Assembly: GCF_009914755.1 (NCBI RefSeq)
Contig: NC_060939.1
Direction: 5' to 3' (one strand)
DNA length: 64,000 nt
Source: the human T2T-CHM13v2.0 reference genome, Homo sapiens
A program made the position numbers and the translations under genes. Positions within the stretch are counted from its first letter, which is position 1; each line of letters starts with the position of its first letter. This document shows positions 60,623-64,000 of the stretch, in pieces. The notes under the pieces were generated by a model. It was not told the origin of the DNA, ran no database searches, and was given only the letters and a program-made list of their open reading frames with translations.

Positions 60623-62027
60623 GTAAGTGAATGTTTTTAGTTACATTAGAATTCTCAGTTATATATTTATGTTTAACATTCTGTTTAAAAGTCCAGAATG
60701 GAATTTGAAACAGCCATAGGCTCTGAAAAGGCAACATTATTTACTTCATTTGGGTAGATGTTTTTGAAGCTCATATCCTCAGATAATAGTGTTTACTTTT
60801 TAAAAACCCACCACCTTTTTGAAAGTTAATGCAGAGCTCTTTTCATTTGCCTCATCAAGGGTCACAAACTTAATGTAGGTTACTCTTTATCCTCATTTGC
60901 TATTAAACCTTTTAGAATTCAGAGGATTGGTAACAGAAGATCATCAGTGCAATAAGTTTTTAGTGCAATTCTGCAGAAAATTTCTGAATATGGCATGGAG
61001 TCCTCTTAGGTTCATGTAGAATGAAATTAAACTGGCTGCAAAAGATCAAGTTAATGTGAATCTTTGGTCTTTCCTCAGAAAGAGACAGCTACAAGGCTGC
61101 GAGTGCTGTGTTCTCAGCTCCAAGGCAGCTTTCTTTGATTGCAAATGACAGTTTTTAGTCAAGCAGGGAGAGGAACAGAGATGCTCCCTAACAATTCCCA
61201 AATGGTCATTTGTTTAGTGCAGATTGTTGATTTGACAATGCACAAGCTGTTAGAATAACGTTAGGATCGAGCATTAGTAAATAATAATTATAGTCTGTTC
61301 TTTCTAATGTTTTGCATACCATTCCCTGCCTTTAGATTACTACAGTCAGAGCAAATTCCTACCAATTTTCTTTCACCTTCTTTAAACAATATGCATTTTA
61401 CAGATACCAGTTTAGAGGTTTTCGTCCTTTGTATTCCAACCTAATAAACAGTTTCAGTGCCCCAACTTCTTTATAATATGGATTTCATCCTTGAATATAA
61501 AATAACAGTACGTTTCCTTTTTGCATCATGAATGCTTTTCAGGAAGGTACTTTCCTCCTTCATGTTCCCTGGAGCAAAATCTCAGTTTTCAGGGTAGTTT
61601 CAAGTTAAAGATCACCCCTAAAAACCTCTGCAATTTATAACTCTGCAGGTTTCATGTCTAGAATAAACTGGTCTCTTTTTTTGGTCTCTGTGATGGTTGG
61701 GAAATTCTTGCAGTTAGTCACATTTGAGAAAACTTGGAACAGGTTCTAGAGATGGAGACCCATTTACCTTGTGCATTATTATGCTATGGCTGGATAGCTC
61801 AGCTATTAAAACAAAGGAATAGGGTTTCATAAAACAGATATTTGTTTGTAAATGCATGTTTCAATGCTGCAATGAGTTGGCCACTTATAAATAAAACATC
61901 TGCAGATCACACATACGCCCATAAATGTATATGGATGTATATGTTGGTAAGGAACACCACTCCAGGGTGGCACATCATAAAGACAAGGCTAAAGGGTGAG
62001 TACTTTCAGTGCCTTGAAAGCAAGTGA

Positions 62028-62032
62028 TGTGT

Positions 62033-62069
<37 letters not shown>
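62028..62069. repeat. (TG)n(AG)n microsatellite
   Basis: Seen directly. Confidence 0.95.
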
Positions 62070-62070
<1 letters not shown>

Positions 62071-63374
62071 CCATAGGTATTTAGATATATCTCTTTACAA
62101 CTCTATACCCTGTTGTGTGCTGTCCCACATTTTAAATTAATAAATATCAATAAATCAATAAAATACAATGAAAAATGTTGTCACAGGAAGCACCATTCCA
62201 TACTTAATTTAACATTATTTCTAGTACTGCTCACTGTTTGATTTTAAATGAATGCATTCCCAGAGGTATAGCAGTGGTGAGGCACCACTGCTTTGGCAGG
62301 GCTCAGTGAGGAGGCAGGGAACAATAGACTATATGTGAAGCTGCTGTGGTCAGAGAGTGAGCCCTGCCTGGACTTTGGGCAAAAGATTGGGCCCAATAGG
62401 GGATGGGAAAGAAAGTGGGTTTTCCTTTATCTTAAGGAACTTAAGCCACATCCTAGGGGCCCAATCTAAAGGAACCAGCCTCTTTATTCCTTCCAGCATA
62501 TTAATGGCTTTAATTTTTCCTTTTCTCTTCCCACCTACAACCTATTTGATGGTGCTCCCATCTGGAAGCCGAGAGACTCCTCTGGAATGCATGAACTATA
62601 GAGCCCATTTGTCACCTGGGTGGGGGCCTGTGCCTTTCACAAAAAGAGCAGTTTATCTCCCAAGCATGGTAACTCCAGCCAGCAGGGTACCAGCATGGGC
62701 TGCATGGGCCGCTTCAAATGTGAGGCCTGCAGGATTGTCAAGGTTTCCCTGTAGGCCTCCATTTCCAAATCAAAGAAAGAAAATTAGAGATGGGCAGCTG
62801 GAAATACTGGAAGTTATAGATTCACTATTTGGGAACTCTTATATGAACTCCAGGTGTGACCTTGACCAGCGAACACAGCAAGTCTCAGCCTAAGTAAATC
62901 AGAATGTAGGACTGGTGGGCTAGATCACCCTTACTCCTGGGTCTGGGCCATGCAGAGTGGGCACTTAGGTGGTGAGGTCACTGTTTATACCAGAATACCC
63001 CTTATCGAATCATAAAATCATCATCTTGGCAGTTTTTGACCATGTCAGTCTTAAAGATTAATGTAAAACTCAATGTTAGACTTTGGAGACCATTAAAATA
63101 TCAGTGTTAGAACTCATTTAGTTGTTTAGATATTTTATCCCCTCTACTTTGTATGGTTGTTCTTATGATGGTTTTCGGTCTTTATATCCTAAGTGGAAGT
63201 ATTTTAAAGTTGGACCAAGAAATTCCTTTACTGCTTACATTTTGGGGAGGCCAGGATACGTTTCAGCTGCTGTGGTTTTCTGGCATGTAGCCATGAAGCT
63301 ACATCAGAAGTGCTCTCAAAAGTTTTATCAGCATCTGCATCATCCTAAGAGATTTCAGACCCCATTAAATAATT

Positions 63375-63730
63375 GAATTTGTTAGTTGATATACCATTGT
63401 GCACAGTCTTGTTCTAGACTCAGCAGAAGATATAAAGTAGAGGAAGCCACACAGATAATCTTTTGGAGCTATAGCAAGTATACAAATAACTAGAATGAAG
63501 TAACTAGTATAAAAGAACTGCAGGGTTCTGTGGAGATCCATCTGGGGAAATGAGGAAAAACTGGGTAGAGAAGGTAGCATTTGAAAAGGGCCTTTGGAGG
63601 ATGAAGTGAATTTTAATAGAGAGCTTTGAAGGGGCCATTCCAGGCAAAGGAAACAGGATGGGCAAAGCATGAGTGTATCTCGGTTTCAGACATTTTCAGA
63701 GCAATGTGAAGCCTCTAGTGCCTGCTGGAA
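63375..63730 (-). mobile_element. L2
   Basis: 'gaaggtagcatttgaaaagggcctttggaggatgaagtgaatt...ggccattccaggcaaaggaaacaggatgggcaaagcatgag'. Confidence 0.7.
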
Positions 63731-64000
63731 CAGAAACCTCTTCAACATTGACCTGGTGGAGTTCAAACAGGCAACATATTCACCACCAGCTGGGCAATCT
63801 CTTAAGACATTCCACTTCTATACAAGGAACCCTGGGAACACCACACTTATCCACATGGATCTTTTTTCTTGAGTGAATTCTCTTGAATGGTCTCCTGTTC
63901 ATGTATAGGGAGGTCCCTCATCCTTGGGAAAGGTGTGACTTTCAATTCTTTAAGAGCCTATTGCAGAAATCAGGAGTCAGCTTTAAACCCTGCTTTAAAG

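Noticed and set aside
62357-62893. Longest ORF (178 aa)
   Set aside because: It starts at GTG, has no recognisable domain or exon signals, and its length is compatible with chance in 64 kb.

Overview
This is primate (most likely human) genomic DNA from the 3' half of MAP2K5 (MEK5), on the + strand. Five small coding exons (15866-15895, 36171-36197, 36509-36541, 57529-57590, 60577-60622) have canonical AG/GT ends and splice in frame to LALGRFPYPQ-IQKNQGSLM-PLQLLQCIVDE-DSPVLPVGEFSEPFVHFITQC-MRKQPKERPAPEELM. I recognise this as the MEK5 kinase C-lobe (from memory exons 17-21 of 22, 15q23, next to SKOR1). None of these exons appears in its coding frame in the supplied ORF track, whose ORFs are Alu-derived or chance ORFs. 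The rest (>99%) is intron: 18 full or partial Alus, L1/L2/L3/MIR relics, MaLR LTRs, Tigger4a/MER5/MARNA-like DNA transposons, microsatellites, and several repeat-free, homeobox-motif-rich blocks that look like enhancers. I found no evidence of a new gene or a new multi-gene system. The most interesting signals read directly from the sequence are: (1) a probable Alu-Alu inversion revealed by a swapped, inverted target-site duplication (TSD); (2) a ~170-200 bp locally templated insertion with a TSD, junction microhomology and an internal hairpin; (3) a micro-scale direct-inverted-direct triplication; (4) three consecutive symmetric microexons with RBFOX motifs and tandem in-frame acceptors; (5) candidate long-range enhancers. 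Repeat subfamily calls and literature links are from memory and have not been checked against a database.
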